A stretch of 64,000 nucleotides of DNA from an uncultured Bacteroidales bacterium (GCA_946631995.1 CAMPAQ010000013.1:1072-65071), one strand, 5' to 3'; counted from the first letter of the stretch, positions 33,057 to 42,120 are shown. Notes: generated by a model from the letters alone, not told the origin. Numbers and translations: made by a program.

Positions 33057-34514
33057 ATGAGAAGATTCCTATCCGCCACGACGCTCTGCGCCGCTTTGAT
33101 GCTCGCCGCAGGTGTCGGCTGCACACCATCGGACACACCCGAAAACGCCGCCATGAACAAGGCAATGCAACGCGTCATCGGCAGCATCCGCACCACCAGT
33201 TTCCCCGACTTCACCATCGACGTCACCGCGCCCGACGAGGCCGACGCCCTGCTCGTCGTACAGGAGGCCATCGACAGCTGTTCGCGGCACGGCGGCGGCA
33301 CCGTCATGCTGCACGATGGCTGCTACGCGATGAACGGCACCCTGTGGCTCAAGAGCAACGTGCGTCTGCACCTTATGGCCGATGCCAACCTGATCTTCAG
33401 CGGTCTGGGCAACGACTTCCTGCCCGTGGTCCCGACCCGTTGGGAGGGCACCGAACTGCTCGGCCGCTCGGCCATGATTGCGGCCATCGACGCCGAGAAC
33501 ATCGCCATCACCGGCGAGGGCACAATCGACGCGCAGGCCGGCATCGAGATGGCATCGTGGGGCATGGTGCCCGGCGAACGCAACTTCGAGGAGAACGTGC
33601 ACGGCACGCATGGCGAGACGGTCGAGATGGACGATGTGCATCGGCTGCGCACTTGGGGCGACCACACCGACCCGTCGGCCGACACGCTGCTCACCTTCGG
33701 CGCAGGCACCTTCCTGCGGCCGTGCTGCGTGGAGTTCAACAACTGCCGGCGCGTGCTCATCGAGGGCGTGACGGTGCGCAATTCGCCGTTCTGGTGCCTG
33801 CATCCGCTCTATTGCACGGACGTGACGGTGCGCGGCGTGACGATCGACAGCCACTTCCCGAACAACGACGGCTGCGATCCCGAATCGTCGGAGCGTGTGC
33901 TCATCGAAGACTGCCTGTTCCGCACGGGCGACGATGCAGTGGCCATCAAGTCGGGCCGCGATGCCGACGGACGGCGCGTTGGCCGCCCTTCTCGCCAGAT
34001 TGTCATCCGCCGCTGCCAGTTCCAGTCGGAGTGCAACGGCCTCTGCATCGGCAGTGAAATGAGCGGCGGCGTCGAGGAGGTCTTCATGGATTCGGTCGCC
34101 ATCGGCCATGTCAAGAACGCCCTGCTCTTCAAGTCGAACAAGGATCGCGGCGGCTACATCCGCAACGTCTGGGTGCGCAACATCACGGTCGATGAGACGG
34201 CCGGCGCGGTGCTGCGTTTCGAGAACAACTATTTCGGCTATCGTGGCGGCAACTTCCCGTCGCACTACGCGGATTTCCACATCTACAACGTGCACGCCAA
34301 CCGTTGCGGCAGCTTCGCCATCTATTGCGACGGCCTGCCCGAATTGCCTATGGAGCGCATCGCGGTCGATAGTCTTGTGGTCGATTCGGCCGCCCTGCCA
34401 CATTACCTCTACAACACGCGCGAATGTACCTTCCGCCGCACTTGGGTGAACGGTGAAAAATTGGCCGAGACTCTGCCCGAAAGCGAGACGCGGCAGAGCT
34501 GCGACGTGTGGTGA
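33057..34514 (+). CDS. Glycoside hydrolase family 28-like (polygalacturonase/rhamnogalacturonase fold)
   Basis: Lipoprotein-like signal MRRFLSATTLCAALMLAAGVGC. The catalytic-type motifs are ..FPNNDGCDPESS.., ..RTGDDAVAIKSGRD.., ..CNGLCIGSEMSGG.., ..LFKSNKDRGG.. (NxDG / GDD / G-x-G / R-x-K pattern of GH28). Confidence 0.75.
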   Translation: MRRFLSATTLCAALMLAAGVGCTPSDTPENAAMNKAMQRVIGSIRTTSFPDFTIDVTAPDEADALLVVQEAIDSCSRHGGGTVMLHDGCYAMNGTLWLKSNVRLHLMADANLIFSGLGNDFLPVVPTRWEGTELLGRSAMIAAIDAENIAITGEGTIDAQAGIEMASWGMVPGERNFEENVHGTHGETVEMDDVHRLRTWGDHTDPSADTLLTFGAGTFLRPCCVEFNNCRRVLIEGVTVRNSPFWCLHPLYCTDVTVRGVTIDSHFPNNDGCDPESSERVLIEDCLFRTGDDAVAIKSGRDADGRRVGRPSRQIVIRRCQFQSECNGLCIGSEMSGGVEEVFMDSVAIGHVKNALLFKSNKDRGGYIRNVWVRNITVDETAGAVLRFENNYFGYRGGNFPSHYADFHIYNVHANRCGSFAIYCDGLPELPMERIAVDSLVVDSAALPHYLYNTRECTFRRTWVNGEKLAETLPESETRQSCDVW

Positions 34515-34517
34515 AAA

Positions 34518-34556
34518 GACCCCCTCCCAACCTCCCCGAGGGGAGGAGTTGGAGAA
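34518..34556 (+). repeat. GC-rich hairpin element (family B), + orientation
   Basis: gaccccctcccaacctccccgaggggaggagttggagaa, 3 nt after the TGA at 34512-34514. Confidence 0.85.
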
Positions 34557-34584
34557 GTCACAAGGGGCGACAGAAGTTTTTTTC

Positions 34585-34592
34585 TATTTTTG
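34585..34592 (+). promoter_or_regulatory. -7 promoter box TATTTTTG
   Basis: Exact TAnnTTTG, 60 nt upstream of the ATG at 34652. Confidence 0.45.
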
Positions 34593-34651
34593 CCGATCTT
34601 CTTTAATTCTCTGAACCTTGATTTCCTGATTTTTTATCAATCATTGACAAA

Positions 34652-35143
34652 ATGACTCGAATCGGACTGATGAGCGACCTGCACGCCTGGTGGGATGACC
34701 GCTACGTGAAATATTTCGCCGCGTGTGACGAGATCTGGGTGGCGGGCGATGTGGTCGATGAGACAATCTGCGACCGGCTGGAGGCCACTGGCAAGACGTG
34801 CCGCATCGTGTGGGGCAATGCCGACCCGCACTCCATGCACCTGCGCTACGCGAAAAATCTGCGTTTTGTGGCCGATGGCGTGAGCGTCTGGATGACCCAC
34901 ATCGGCGGATATCCGGGCAAATGGCCGCGCGAAATCTACGCCGCATTGCGCAACGACCCGCCGCAGCTTTTCGTGTGCGGACACAGCCACATCTGCAAGG
35001 CGATGTACGACCACACGCTGCACACCCTCGTGCTCAATCCTGGCGCAGCCGGCACCTACGGTCAGCAGGCCGTCCGCACCTTGATGCGCTTCACACTCGA
35101 CAAGGGCGAAATCAGGGACCTGGAGGTAATTGAACTGGCGTGA
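34652..35143 (+). CDS. Metallophosphoesterase family protein (YfcE/MJ0936-like)
   Basis: MSDLH.., ..WVAGDVVD.., ..WGNAD.., ..CGHSH.. are the calcineurin-like phosphoesterase motifs. 163 aa. Confidence 0.75.
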   Translation: MTRIGLMSDLHAWWDDRYVKYFAACDEIWVAGDVVDETICDRLEATGKTCRIVWGNADPHSMHLRYAKNLRFVADGVSVWMTHIGGYPGKWPREIYAALRNDPPQLFVCGHSHICKAMYDHTLHTLVLNPGAAGTYGQQAVRTLMRFTLDKGEIRDLEVIELA

Positions 35144-35167
35144 TACACGACGGACGCGCCATAATGG

Positions 35168-35196
35168 GTAGAGACGCCACATTGTGACGTCTCTAC
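35168..35196. repeat. Family A palindrome GTAGAGACGCCACATTGTGACGTCTCTAC
   Basis: Read directly. The ATG at 35197 of the ORF track abuts it. Confidence 0.9.
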
Positions 35197-35238
35197 ATGG
35201 GGAAACAAATTTTCAGCAACAATCAAAACACAAAAAAT

Positions 35239-35811
35239 ATGGAACAAACAGAACGTGAGGCAATTGCCAAAGCCGTCGAAGTGATGAACCAAGGCGGCGT
35301 CATCCTCTACCCGACCGACACCGTGTGGGGATTGGGCTGCGATGCGACCAACAGCAAGGCCGTGCGCCGCATCTACGAAATCAAGCGCAGGGAAGACAGC
35401 AAGTCGATGCTGTGTCTGACCGATGCCATCGGCCGTGTAGATTACTATTTCGACCGTGTGCCCGACATTGCCTGGGACCTCTGGGAGGTGGCCGACAAGC
35501 CGCTGACGCTCATCCTACCGCGCGCACGCAACGTCGCTCCCGAACTCGTTGCAGCCGACGGAACGATGGGCATACGCATCACCCACGAGGAGGTCAGCAA
35601 TGCACTGTGCGCACGGCTCAAACGGCCCTTGGTAAGCACGTCGGCCAACATCAGCGGAGAGCCGACTGCACGCTGCTTTGCCGACATCAGCGACGAAATC
35701 AAGCAGGCCGTCGATTACATCGTCCCGCTCCGCCAGGGCGAAACGCAGAACCCGCCACCGTCGGGCATCATCAAGGTCGATGACGGCGGATTGATAAAAG
35801 TGATCAGGTAA
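35239..35811 (+). CDS. tsaC: L-threonylcarbamoyladenylate synthase (YrdC/TsaC/Sua5 family)
   Basis: ..GGVILYPTDTVWGLGCDATN.., ..KRREDSKSMLCL.., ..LVSTSANISGEP.. are YrdC-domain motifs. The start was set at the ATG beyond the palindrome (MEQTEREA). Confidence 0.8.
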   Translation: MEQTEREAIAKAVEVMNQGGVILYPTDTVWGLGCDATNSKAVRRIYEIKRREDSKSMLCLTDAIGRVDYYFDRVPDIAWDLWEVADKPLTLILPRARNVAPELVAADGTMGIRITHEEVSNALCARLKRPLVSTSANISGEPTARCFADISDEIKQAVDYIVPLRQGETQNPPPSGIIKVDDGGLIKVIR

Positions 35812-35846
35812 GACCCCTCTCGCCCTTAACTGAGGGAAGATTGGCT
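35811..35846 (+). repeat. Divergent GC-rich hairpin element (family B-like)
   Basis: agacccctctcgcccttaactgagggaagattggct starts on the last base of the TAA stop. The stem is ctcgccctt..agggaag (imperfect). Confidence 0.5.
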
Positions 35847-35896
35847 TACAATCGGTGGCCAATGTGGGGGCTTCAAAAATCACGTAGCAAAAACGA

Positions 35897-35929
35897 ACTG
35901 GAGGAAGACGACGTGCGTTTTCCTCCAGT
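35897..35929. terminator. Bidirectional terminator hairpin between convergent genes
   Basis: actggaggaa-gacgacgtgcgtt-ttcctccagt, with T-rich flanks in both orientations. Confidence 0.65.
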
Positions 35930-35938
35930 CTTGTGTTG

Positions 35939-38269
35939 TTATTTTTTGATTGTTATATCGTAGTGATTCCGAAATGTGTTCGGATCTGTCCAATAAGTGG
36001 ACGAAAAATTGTCGATGTGATTTTCCTTCAGATATGCTTCGGCCTGCTGTTTGGTCTTCAAGTCCGGACGACTTTTACCATCTATTGTGACTTCACATAA
36101 GTCTTGTCTTTTGAGCGGCATTGTAACCACCCTTGTCTCGGCATAGGTGACAATGAGCGTATCACCAGAAAAGCGTAGTACCGTCCAGTTTTTATCGCTT
36201 CCCATTACTTTGGAACGCGAACCTCTCCAGTTTCTCTCGGCAGCGAGGCTGGGAATTGTGTCGCCCCAAGCCTGTTCAATCACCTGCTTGACCAACTTCG
36301 GGTCGCTGACCACCAGTTGTTCGGCGCGACGCACCTTCTCGTAGGTGTTGTCGGCCGGCTTCAGTCCGAGCTGCGAAATCTCCTGAACCTTGTCCGTCAG
36401 GTCGATATGTTCGATGCCAGACGTCGATTCATAGGTCGCGCAAAGCGTTTCAAAATCCATATAATTCTTTTGCGCATTGATCGTAGCAGCCGGAGTCGAA
36501 AGGTTGGCATTGGCCGATGCACCTGCCTCGCGCGGACGGATGCCCTTAATTGGAACGCCCATTCCGGCCTGCTTCAACGAGAAACATTTCACATCCTTGG
36601 GCAATGGCTCAAACACACCGTATGTGCCGAAGATTGCCGCATCCATGTCGATATGCGTGCCGATCATTCCCTTGAACTTGTAGCGGTTGCCGTCGGCATC
36701 CTCCAGACAGGTGCGATAATCATCGTTGAAAATAAAGCCAAGAGGGCCATCACTTGGTAAAGTCTGGATGACTTGAAGGATGGTAGCCGTGTCGGAGAAA
36801 AACACATTCTGGACATTCCACAAGTGTACGGAGCCTTCCGGGTTGCTCCAACGCGGACAATCGAATTGCGGGAAATGCGGCGACTGGCAACGTGTCTGTT
36901 CCCTGAGCTGACCGACGTATTCATCGACTCTCTTATCATAATTCCGCGTCTTAATCAAGCTATAGCCGGATGGCCTTGTCATCGTTTCTACAATCATCGT
37001 TTCGCCCGGCACACCGAATATTTCAGTTGCGACATGCTCCCTCGACGATCTGAATTTCACTCCAACCACATGGTCCAGTTCGATTTGATATGTGTCTGCA
37101 CCACCGACCAAATGTAAAGTGTCGTCGGGCACAGCGTTAGAGAAGTGGAAAAAGTCGTCGGACAGATAGATGTAAACCTCAGTGTCTGTCCCCGTGGAAT
37201 CGACATATTGCAGCGTGAACACTTCGGGCTTGTCCAGTCGCGGCACGGAGTCGAACACCGCAAAAAAATCCGGTTCGACGTTGGCCGATGCACCTTCTTG
37301 TTCGACGGAGACCTGACAGCCGACCACAGCCGATGCCACGATCAACGCGCCGACCCAGACGGCCAGAGCGAACTTGCCGCGACGCGACAACGTGCCCGCC
37401 ATCGAACTCTTCATCTCGACAAACCGCTGCCGGATGAGCGACTGACTGAATCCGCTCACCATCGCGCAATTCACGTTGACCGACATCTGCAGGAGCGACA
37501 TCTGATAATCGTAGCGGTCAATGCCGCCGCGCAGCACGTCGCTATCGGCCTCAAACTCATGGATTTTGAGCAGTTCCGCGCGACAAAGCCACGTCACGGG
37601 ATTGAACCACGCAAGGCACGCCGACAGGTTCGTGGCCCACACTTCAAGGTAGTGCCGATGGGCGATGTGTGCCCTTTCGTGCATCAGGACCATTGCCTCG
37701 CGCTGCGCGTCGAGGTCGGTCGGCAGGAAGATGGTGCGCGCGAACGAAAACGGCGTAGCGACATCGACCGAACGAATCAAATCGTAGCCATCGGCTGTGC
37801 GCTGCCTGGGCAACCGCGCGCGGATGACGAGCAAGCGGACAACCTGCCACAGCCCGACGACGAACATCGCGAGCGACACGGCCGCAATGAGCACTTCGAG
37901 CCATCGGCCGCTAGCTTTTTCATCGGCATTTTCGGCCGATGGCACATCGGACGCAACCTGCCGAGACGAAATTGACGGCCCTGCTTCGTCGGACACCGAC
38001 AGTTGCATGGCGGATGGCGAAACCGGCGCGTCTGAGACATCGGCCGAAGAAACATGAACGACCATCGGCGCGACGGGTGACGGATTGGCCACGTTGTCGG
38101 TCAACGTGAGGCGGAACTGCATGATGCCGACGAGCGACATGACAGGCACAAGCAGCAGGTAGGCACGGCTCAGCCGATAGCTTGCCCGATGGCGGACGAT
38201 GCACCAATAGGCCATAAAAAGCACGGCCGATGCCACGAAATATTTACCCAAAATGACGAGTGTTTCCAT
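35939..38269 (-). CDS. BlaR1/M56-family membrane sensor-peptidase with a large uncharacterised C-terminal domain
   Basis: N-terminal TM segments. The zinc motif is ..MVLMHERAHIAHRHYLEVW.. (HExxH-like HERAH). About 460 aa after the last TM match no family I recognise. Confidence 0.8.
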   Translation of the reverse strand: METLVILGKYFVASAVLFMAYWCIVRHRASYRLSRAYLLLVPVMSLVGIMQFRLTLTDNVANPSPVAPMVVHVSSADVSDAPVSPSAMQLSVSDEAGPSISSRQVASDVPSAENADEKASGRWLEVLIAAVSLAMFVVGLWQVVRLLVIRARLPRQRTADGYDLIRSVDVATPFSFARTIFLPTDLDAQREAMVLMHERAHIAHRHYLEVWATNLSACLAWFNPVTWLCRAELLKIHEFEADSDVLRGGIDRYDYQMSLLQMSVNVNCAMVSGFSQSLIRQRFVEMKSSMAGTLSRRGKFALAVWVGALIVASAVVGCQVSVEQEGASANVEPDFFAVFDSVPRLDKPEVFTLQYVDSTGTDTEVYIYLSDDFFHFSNAVPDDTLHLVGGADTYQIELDHVVGVKFRSSREHVATEIFGVPGETMIVETMTRPSGYSLIKTRNYDKRVDEYVGQLREQTRCQSPHFPQFDCPRWSNPEGSVHLWNVQNVFFSDTATILQVIQTLPSDGPLGFIFNDDYRTCLEDADGNRYKFKGMIGTHIDMDAAIFGTYGVFEPLPKDVKCFSLKQAGMGVPIKGIRPREAGASANANLSTPAATINAQKNYMDFETLCATYESTSGIEHIDLTDKVQEISQLGLKPADNTYEKVRRAEQLVVSDPKLVKQVIEQAWGDTIPSLAAERNWRGSRSKVMGSDKNWTVLRFSGDTLIVTYAETRVVTMPLKRQDLCEVTIDGKSRPDLKTKQQAEAYLKENHIDNFSSTYWTDPNTFRNHYDITIKK

Positions 38270-38323
38270 AGTGTAAATACGTTGTTATCTATATTTATAG
38301 AATCGGATTGATGGTTAATCGGC

Positions 38324-38698
38324 TCAATCGTCGGCCATTTCCTTAAGGATTTCGCGTAGTTCATCCTTGCTGAGGCGTTCGCCCTTGACGAAGAACGAGA
38401 GGAAATTGCGTATCGAGCCGCCGAAGACGTTGGCTTTCGCCTCGCTGACAAACGAACTGATGTATTCGTCGCGGCTGAGCAGCGGCCGATAGACGTTGGC
38501 CTTGCCGACTTTCTCGAAAGTGACGATGCCCTTGCGCGTCAAGACCTGCATCATGCTGAGCGTCGTGGTGTAGGCCGTCTTCGATTCGCCCTGCATGTCG
38601 TGCAGCTGCTGCACGGTGGCTTCGCCCTTGTCCCACAGGATGTTCATCAGCTGAAGTTCAACGCGGGTGAGCGACGTTTTCTGACTGTCTTTTTTCAT
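38324..38698 (-). CDS. BlaI/MecI/CopY-family transcriptional repressor
   Basis: ..LTRVELQLMNILWDKGEATVQQLHDMQGESKTAYTTTLSMMQVLTRKGIVTFEKVGKANVYRPL.. is a Penicillinase_R winged helix. It lies directly upstream of the M56 gene. Confidence 0.85.
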   Translation of the reverse strand: MKKDSQKTSLTRVELQLMNILWDKGEATVQQLHDMQGESKTAYTTTLSMMQVLTRKGIVTFEKVGKANVYRPLLSRDEYISSFVSEAKANVFGGSIRNFLSFFVKGERLSKDELREILKEMADD

Positions 38699-38712
38699 AA
38701 TTCTAATCGGAA

Positions 38713-38728
38713 TACTAAAGTTTTAGTA
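38713..38728. promoter_or_regulatory. Candidate BlaI operator: palindrome TACTAAA-GT-TTTAGTA
   Basis: A perfect 7+7 inverted repeat lies between the -7 box (38732-38739) and the blaI-like start (38698). A third GTACTAAA half-site lies at 38769-38776. Confidence 0.4.
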
Positions 38729-38731
38729 CGG

Positions 38732-38739
38732 CAAATTTA
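38732..38739 (-). promoter_or_regulatory. -7 promoter box TAAATTTG (minus strand)
   Basis: The plus strand reads caaattta, 34 nt upstream of the ATG at 38698. Confidence 0.45.
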
Positions 38740-38790
38740 GTGGTATTATTTTTATTGGCCAAGAAAATGTACTAAATTTTTCGTAAAAAG

Positions 38791-38822
38791 ATAAAACCCG
38801 CCACGAAATGAATCGCGACGGG
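38791..38822 (-). terminator. Rho-independent terminator of the toxin-antitoxin pair
   Basis: The minus-strand RNA forms cccgtcgc-gattcatttc-gtggcggg (8 bp including two G-U pairs that exist only on this strand), followed by ttttat. Confidence 0.55.
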
Positions 38823-38846
38823 CATATATTCTACGGCCAATGAGAA

Positions 38847-39155
38847 TCACAGGACGGTCAGACTGACACGGCGACCCAGCCCCTGAAAAATCTTGAACAG
38901 GGTGGACACCTGTATGTCCGCATGACCGTTTTCAACACGCGAAATATAGCTTTTTTTCGTACCGATGCGCTCGGCCAACTGCTCCTGCGTGAAACCAGCC
39001 TTGAGACGTTCCTCCTTCAGCTGCTCACCCAAGATGAAGGCATCGACACGCGCGTCAAATTCCATTCTCGACGCAGTTCCTTCCTCGCCATGATCTTCCG
39101 CAATATAATCGAATATCGGCGTGAGGTTCATTGTTTTCATTTCTTCGTTTGTCAT
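38847..39155 (-). CDS. XRE-family HTH antitoxin (HigA-like)
   Basis: ..LKEERLKAGFTQEQLAERIGTKKSYISRVENGHADIQVSTLFKIF.. is an HTH_3 domain. Its ATG overlaps the upstream toxin stop (ATGA). Confidence 0.8.
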   Translation of the reverse strand: MTNEEMKTMNLTPIFDYIAEDHGEEGTASRMEFDARVDAFILGEQLKEERLKAGFTQEQLAERIGTKKSYISRVENGHADIQVSTLFKIFQGLGRRVSLTVL

Positions 39156-39514
39156 CGTTTCAACCCTTTCTTCTCTTCAAAATATTCATCCATGATTCGT
39201 TTTGCCTTCTCGATTTCTCCTGGCGGAGTCTTCTGCGTCTTCTTTTGGAACGCATTGAACAGCACAACCAGATTTCCCTCATCGAAACAGCAGAAAATCC
39301 GATAAATGTTGCCGCTCTCCTCAATGCGGATTTCAAACAATCCCTTCACGCCCTCGATGGAACGGAAAAAAGTGCTTGGAATCACCTCCAAAGTCATTAT
39401 GTAGATGAAAACTTCATAGAACTTGTCAATGACCGACTGCGACACAGTCCGTTTGAAGTTCTTGAAATAGTCCCTGTAGGCAATGACTGTTCTGACGTAT
39501 TTCCTTTGTGGCAT
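39152..39514 (-). CDS. RelE/ParE-superfamily toxin (HigB / phage Gp49-like)
   Basis: 120 aa: ..FKNFKRTVSQSVIDKF..IEGVKGLFEIRIEESGNIYRIFCCFDEGNLVVLFNAFQKKTQKTPPGEIEKAKRIMDEY.. is the typical Gp49/HigB-type pattern. The gene order is toxin first. Confidence 0.75.
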   Translation of the reverse strand: MPQRKYVRTVIAYRDYFKNFKRTVSQSVIDKFYEVFIYIMTLEVIPSTFFRSIEGVKGLFEIRIEESGNIYRIFCCFDEGNLVVLFNAFQKKTQKTPPGEIEKAKRIMDEYFEEKKGLKR

Positions 39515-39531
39515 ATCTCTGATTTTGCGCG

Positions 39532-39539
39532 CAAAGGTA
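39532..39539 (-). promoter_or_regulatory. -7 promoter box TACCTTTG (minus strand)
   Basis: The plus strand reads caaaggta, 18 nt upstream of the ATG at 39514. Confidence 0.45.
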
Positions 39540-39653
39540 ACTAATTAGTAAACATCGGCCAAATTTCACATAAAAAAATCACGTAGCAGGAACACAAAAA
39601 ACGGCAGACGAGAGGAAAGCAAGGCACAATTTGTTTGTATGAATAAGTTTTTG

Positions 39654-39661
39654 TATTTTTG
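39654..39661 (+). promoter_or_regulatory. -7 promoter box TATTTTTG
   Basis: Exact TAnnTTTG, 55 nt upstream of the ATG at 39716. Confidence 0.45.
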
Positions 39662-39715
39662 CGTTCCGAAAAATCGGCACTGACGAAAATACTGTCTTTA
39701 AGGGCATTGAACAAG

Positions 39716-41524
39716 ATGAAAACCAACTGGTTTGAAAAACTGAACAACTGGCGCGAACAGCACCTCACCGAACAACAACTTGTGTTGCTGCTCGCCCTGC
39801 TTACGGGCTTGGGCGGCGCGGCTGCGGCATTGACACTGAAACGGCTCATCCACCTGTTCCAGTCGGTGCTGACCCACTCGTTCAACAGCGACGGCGCGAA
39901 CTACCTCTACCTCGTCTGGCCTGTGGTGGGCATCCTGCTTGCCGGCTGCTACGTGCGCTACGTGCTCAAAGACGACATCGGACACGGCGTGACCAAGATT
40001 CTCTACGCGATTTCGCAGCGCAAGTCGATCATCAAGCTGCACAACATCTATTCGAGCGTCATCGCATCGAGCGTCACCATCGGCTTCGGCGGTTCGGTTG
40101 GTGCCGAGGCTCCAATCGTGCTCACCGGCTCGGCCATCGGCTCCAACCTCGGCCGCAAGTTCCGCCTCGACCAGCACACGCTGATGATCCTGCTGGGTTG
40201 CGGCGCGACGGCAGGCATAGCAGGCATCTTCAAGGCACCGATTGCGGGACTGCTGTTCACGGTGGAGGTCTTGATGCTCGACCTCACGGCCTTCTCGATC
40301 ATGCCGCTGCTCATCGCCTCGGTGACGGCAGCTTCGGTGGCCTATGCGGTTGACGGCCCGACGCCACTGTTCAGTTTCAGCGACACGATGTATTTCAGCA
40401 TCGGCCGTGTGCCCTACGTGATTCTGCTGGGCGTGGTGTGCGGCTTTTCGTCGCTCTACTTCACTCGGACGACGTTCTGGGCCGAAGACCTCTTCAAGCG
40501 GCTGCGCAACCCGTGGACGAAGTGGGCTGTGGGCGGCGCGTTCCTGTCGGTGGCCATCTTCCTGCTGCCGCCACTCTACGGCGAGGGCTACGAGAGCATA
40601 CAGCACATCTACGACGGCCAATACACCAAGATTACGGGCAACAGCATCTTCTACGACCTGGTGAACTACACGCAGAACGACGGCATCCAGAACAGCTCGT
40701 TCATCGTGCTCAGCCTGTTCACGCTGCTGGTCATGGCGGCCAAGTCGTTTGCAACGGCGGCAACCAACGGCGGCGGCGGATGCGGCGGCACCTTCGCGCC
40801 ATCGCTCTTCCTGGGCAACTTCACTGGTTTCCTCTTCGCCTACTCGCTCAACCAGACGGGCATCTTCTCGTTCTTGCCGATTCCGAACTTCGCCGTGATG
40901 GGCATGGCAGCCGTGATGTCGGGCGTGATGCACGCGCCGCTGATGGGAGTCTTCCTCTCGGCCGAGCTGACAGGCCGTTTCGACCTCTTCCTGCCGCTGC
41001 TCATCGCCTCGTGCGTGTCGTACGGCACCATCCGCATCTTCGAACCCTACTCCATCTACACGCGCCGACTGGCCCAGAAGGGCGAGCTCATCACGCACCA
41101 CAAGGACAAGGCCGTGCTCACGCTGCTGCACCTCGAGGATTTCATCGAACACGACTATCAGGTCGTCACGCCCGACATGAAACTGGGCGAACTCGTCAAG
41201 CTGGTGGCCGAGGCGCGTCACAACACCTTCCCCGTGTGCGATGCCGATGGCCATTTCGAGGGCATCGTGACGCTCGACGACATCCGCAACATCATGTTCC
41301 AGCCGCGCCTGTACGAGCGGATGACGGTGGCCGACATCATGATCGGTCCATTGGCCAAAATCCACCCCGACATGAACATGGCCGAGGTGATGAACCTGTT
41401 CGACAACACCAACGCCTGGAGCCTGCCGCTCATCGACCAGTCGGGCCAATACATCGGAATGCTGTCGAAGAGCCACATCTTCAAGAACTACCGCTCGCTG
41501 CTCAAGGACTTCTCGGAGGATTGA
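39716..41524 (+). CDS. ClC-family chloride channel/antiporter with C-terminal CBS pair
   Basis: ..GFGGSVGAEAPIVLTGSAIG.., ..GIFKAPIAGLLFTVE.., ..GGGCGGTFAPSLFLG.. are ClC selectivity-region motifs. The C-terminal ~140 aa has two CBS-like repeats. Confidence 0.85.
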   Translation: MKTNWFEKLNNWREQHLTEQQLVLLLALLTGLGGAAAALTLKRLIHLFQSVLTHSFNSDGANYLYLVWPVVGILLAGCYVRYVLKDDIGHGVTKILYAISQRKSIIKLHNIYSSVIASSVTIGFGGSVGAEAPIVLTGSAIGSNLGRKFRLDQHTLMILLGCGATAGIAGIFKAPIAGLLFTVEVLMLDLTAFSIMPLLIASVTAASVAYAVDGPTPLFSFSDTMYFSIGRVPYVILLGVVCGFSSLYFTRTTFWAEDLFKRLRNPWTKWAVGGAFLSVAIFLLPPLYGEGYESIQHIYDGQYTKITGNSIFYDLVNYTQNDGIQNSSFIVLSLFTLLVMAAKSFATAATNGGGGCGGTFAPSLFLGNFTGFLFAYSLNQTGIFSFLPIPNFAVMGMAAVMSGVMHAPLMGVFLSAELTGRFDLFLPLLIASCVSYGTIRIFEPYSIYTRRLAQKGELITHHKDKAVLTLLHLEDFIEHDYQVVTPDMKLGELVKLVAEARHNTFPVCDADGHFEGIVTLDDIRNIMFQPRLYERMTVADIMIGPLAKIHPDMNMAEVMNLFDNTNAWSLPLIDQSGQYIGMLSKSHIFKNYRSLLKDFSED

Positions 41525-41551
41525 GCCATCGGCCAAAACGGACTTTCCACA

Positions 41552-42115
41552 ATGACCATCGAACGCCACCCCCTGCAACCATTCCTGCCAGCCCACGCTA
41601 CGCGACTTTTTCTGGGCAGCTTCCCGCCGCCGCGCGCCAAGTGGAGCATGGATTTCTTCTACCCCAACTGGATCAACGACTTCTGGCGCATCATGGGCAT
41701 CATCCACAAGGGCGACAGGCACTTTTTTGAGGTGGCCGATGCAAAGCGGTTCGACAAGGAGCGCATCGTGCAGTTCGCCATCGAGATGGGACTGGCCTTC
41801 TACGACACCGCGCAATGCGTGCGCCGGCTTCAGGACAATGCGAGCGACGACCTGCTCGAAGTCATCGAGCCGACCGACATCGCCCAATTGCTACGGCCGA
41901 TGCCCCTGTGCCACACCATCGTCACCACCGGCGGCAAGGCTTCGACGCTCGTGCAGCAGCAATTTGCGTTGGCCGATGCCCCTGCGGTAGGCACGTCGAT
42001 CACATTCACGGCCGATGGGCGCGAACTGCGCTGGTGGCGTATGCCCTCGTCGTCAAGGGCATATCCGTTGGCCATCGAAAAGAAGGCCGAAAGTTACAGG
42101 AAGTTGTGGGAATGA
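41552..42115 (+). CDS. Uracil-DNA glycosylase superfamily protein (DNA-deoxyinosine glycosylase-like)
   Basis: ..RLFLGSFPPPRAKWSMDFFYPNWINDFWRIMG.. resembles the family-6 (hypoxanthine-DNA glycosylase) N-terminal motif. 187 aa. Confidence 0.5.
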   Translation: MTIERHPLQPFLPAHATRLFLGSFPPPRAKWSMDFFYPNWINDFWRIMGIIHKGDRHFFEVADAKRFDKERIVQFAIEMGLAFYDTAQCVRRLQDNASDDLLEVIEPTDIAQLLRPMPLCHTIVTTGGKASTLVQQQFALADAPAVGTSITFTADGRELRWWRMPSSSRAYPLAIEKKAESYRKLWE

Positions 42116-42120
42116 ACGCA

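Noticed and set aside
33069-34403. 444-aa minus-strand ORF opposite the GH28-like gene, and 47093-48556 (+) opposite the giant cargo gene
   Set aside because: These are shadow ORFs. The sense frames contain the GH28 motifs and the CBM/beta-helix modules plus signal peptide and T9SS CTD.
39698-41887. 729-aa ORF on the minus strand opposite the ClC channel gene
   Set aside because: It is entirely antisense to a well-supported CDS. The translation is Arg/His/Ala/Gly/Val-rich low-complexity sequence with no recognisable motif, which is typical of a shadow ORF in GC-rich, GC3-biased coding DNA.
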